The notes under the pieces were generated by a model, which worked only from the letters and a program-made list of their open reading frames with translations, searched no databases and had not been told where the DNA came from. A stretch of DNA of 64,000 nt. Source: an uncultured virus (IMG/VR IMGVR_UViG_3300031998_000082) (taxonomy: Duplodnaviria; Heunggongvirae; Uroviricota; Caudoviricetes). Shown in pieces: positions 63,597 through 64,000 of the stretch. The stretch lies in the IMG/VR virus record IMGVR_UViG_3300031998_000082; one strand, given 5' to 3'. The stretch's first letter is position 1; every line of letters starts with the position of its first letter. The position numbers and the translations under genes were made by a program.

Positions 63597-63944
63597 ATGT
63601 TGAATATTAAAGCAGACAAAGATGGAGTAATGATTGAAGCAGAAGGAACAACCAAAGAGATGTTTGAAGCAGTAGCAACAGCAGTTGGTGGTGTTTATAA
63701 GCAGTCAATTAAGAATGCTAAAGCATCAATACCATTTGTATCTTTACCTGTATTACAGGAGGCTATACAGAGCAGACTTATTAAGCTGTTGAGTTTTGCG
63801 CTTGCTGATGCTGACAGAGAACTTAATGAGGAGCATGATAAAGAGAATATCAAGTCGGCAGATTTCACAAAGGATGAACCTATGAGTTTTTCAGAGTTCA
63901 TGCAGAAGCTTATGGGTATGAAGGAGGACAACGATGAAAGCTGA
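63597..63944 (+). CDS. hypothetical protein
   Basis: GGAGG RBS. Confidence 0.7.
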   Translation: MLNIKADKDGVMIEAEGTTKEMFEAVATAVGGVYKQSIKNAKASIPFVSLPVLQEAIQSRLIKLLSFALADADRELNEEHDKENIKSADFTKDEPMSFSEFMQKLMGMKEDNDES

Positions 63945-64000
63945 AGATATTATAACTAAGTGCAAAGCACTTGTAGCAGATTCAAAATTGTATGATGAGC

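Noticed and set aside
1..64000. Integrase/lysogeny module, tRNAs, alternative genetic code
   Set aside because: No recombinase motifs or cloverleafs recognised; core genes are intact under code 11, so there is no sign of stop-codon reassignment

Overview
This window is most of the genome of a long-tailed dsDNA phage, probably of a low-GC Firmicutes (Clostridia-like) host. The host call rests on SigA-type TTGACA-N17-TATAAT promoters, GGAGG ribosome-binding sites and A118/Dp-1-like modules. All credible genes lie on the + strand. Order: small accessory genes (1-2.3 kb); packaging/head module with terS, terL, portal, minor capsid, scaffold and major capsid (2.3-16.7 kb); tail module (16.7-29.2 kb); holin and endolysin (29.7-30.7 kb); an uncharacterised post-lysis cluster (30.7-35 kb); and a large replication/recombination region (SNF2 helicase, initiator, DnaC/DnaB/DnaG, SSB, PolA, beta clamp, gamma/delta'/delta clamp loader, Cas4-like nuclease, RecU, RecA). 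That region is interrupted by islands of small genes behind nine copies of a conserved strong promoter. No integrase, tRNA, rRNA or CRISPR array was seen. The most notable unexplained system is four proteins in the packaging module that share an N-terminal 'WIT(V/I/L)xGxH(V/I)PI' leader, each fused to a different toxin-type domain (putative nuclease, GNAT, zeta-like kinase, ADP-ribosyltransferase). Three have an adjacent small candidate immunity gene, suggesting a polymorphic, possibly virion-loaded effector system. Other highlights: glycosyltransferases beside terL/portal with Thr-rich C-termini on capsid and tail-tube proteins; one glycine-rich domain split over three tail ORFs; a duplicated DNA-glycosylation cassette sharing an N-terminal M(P/A)LF motif with the polymerase; and several structured RNA candidates. 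All family assignments come from motif recognition by eye, not database searches.
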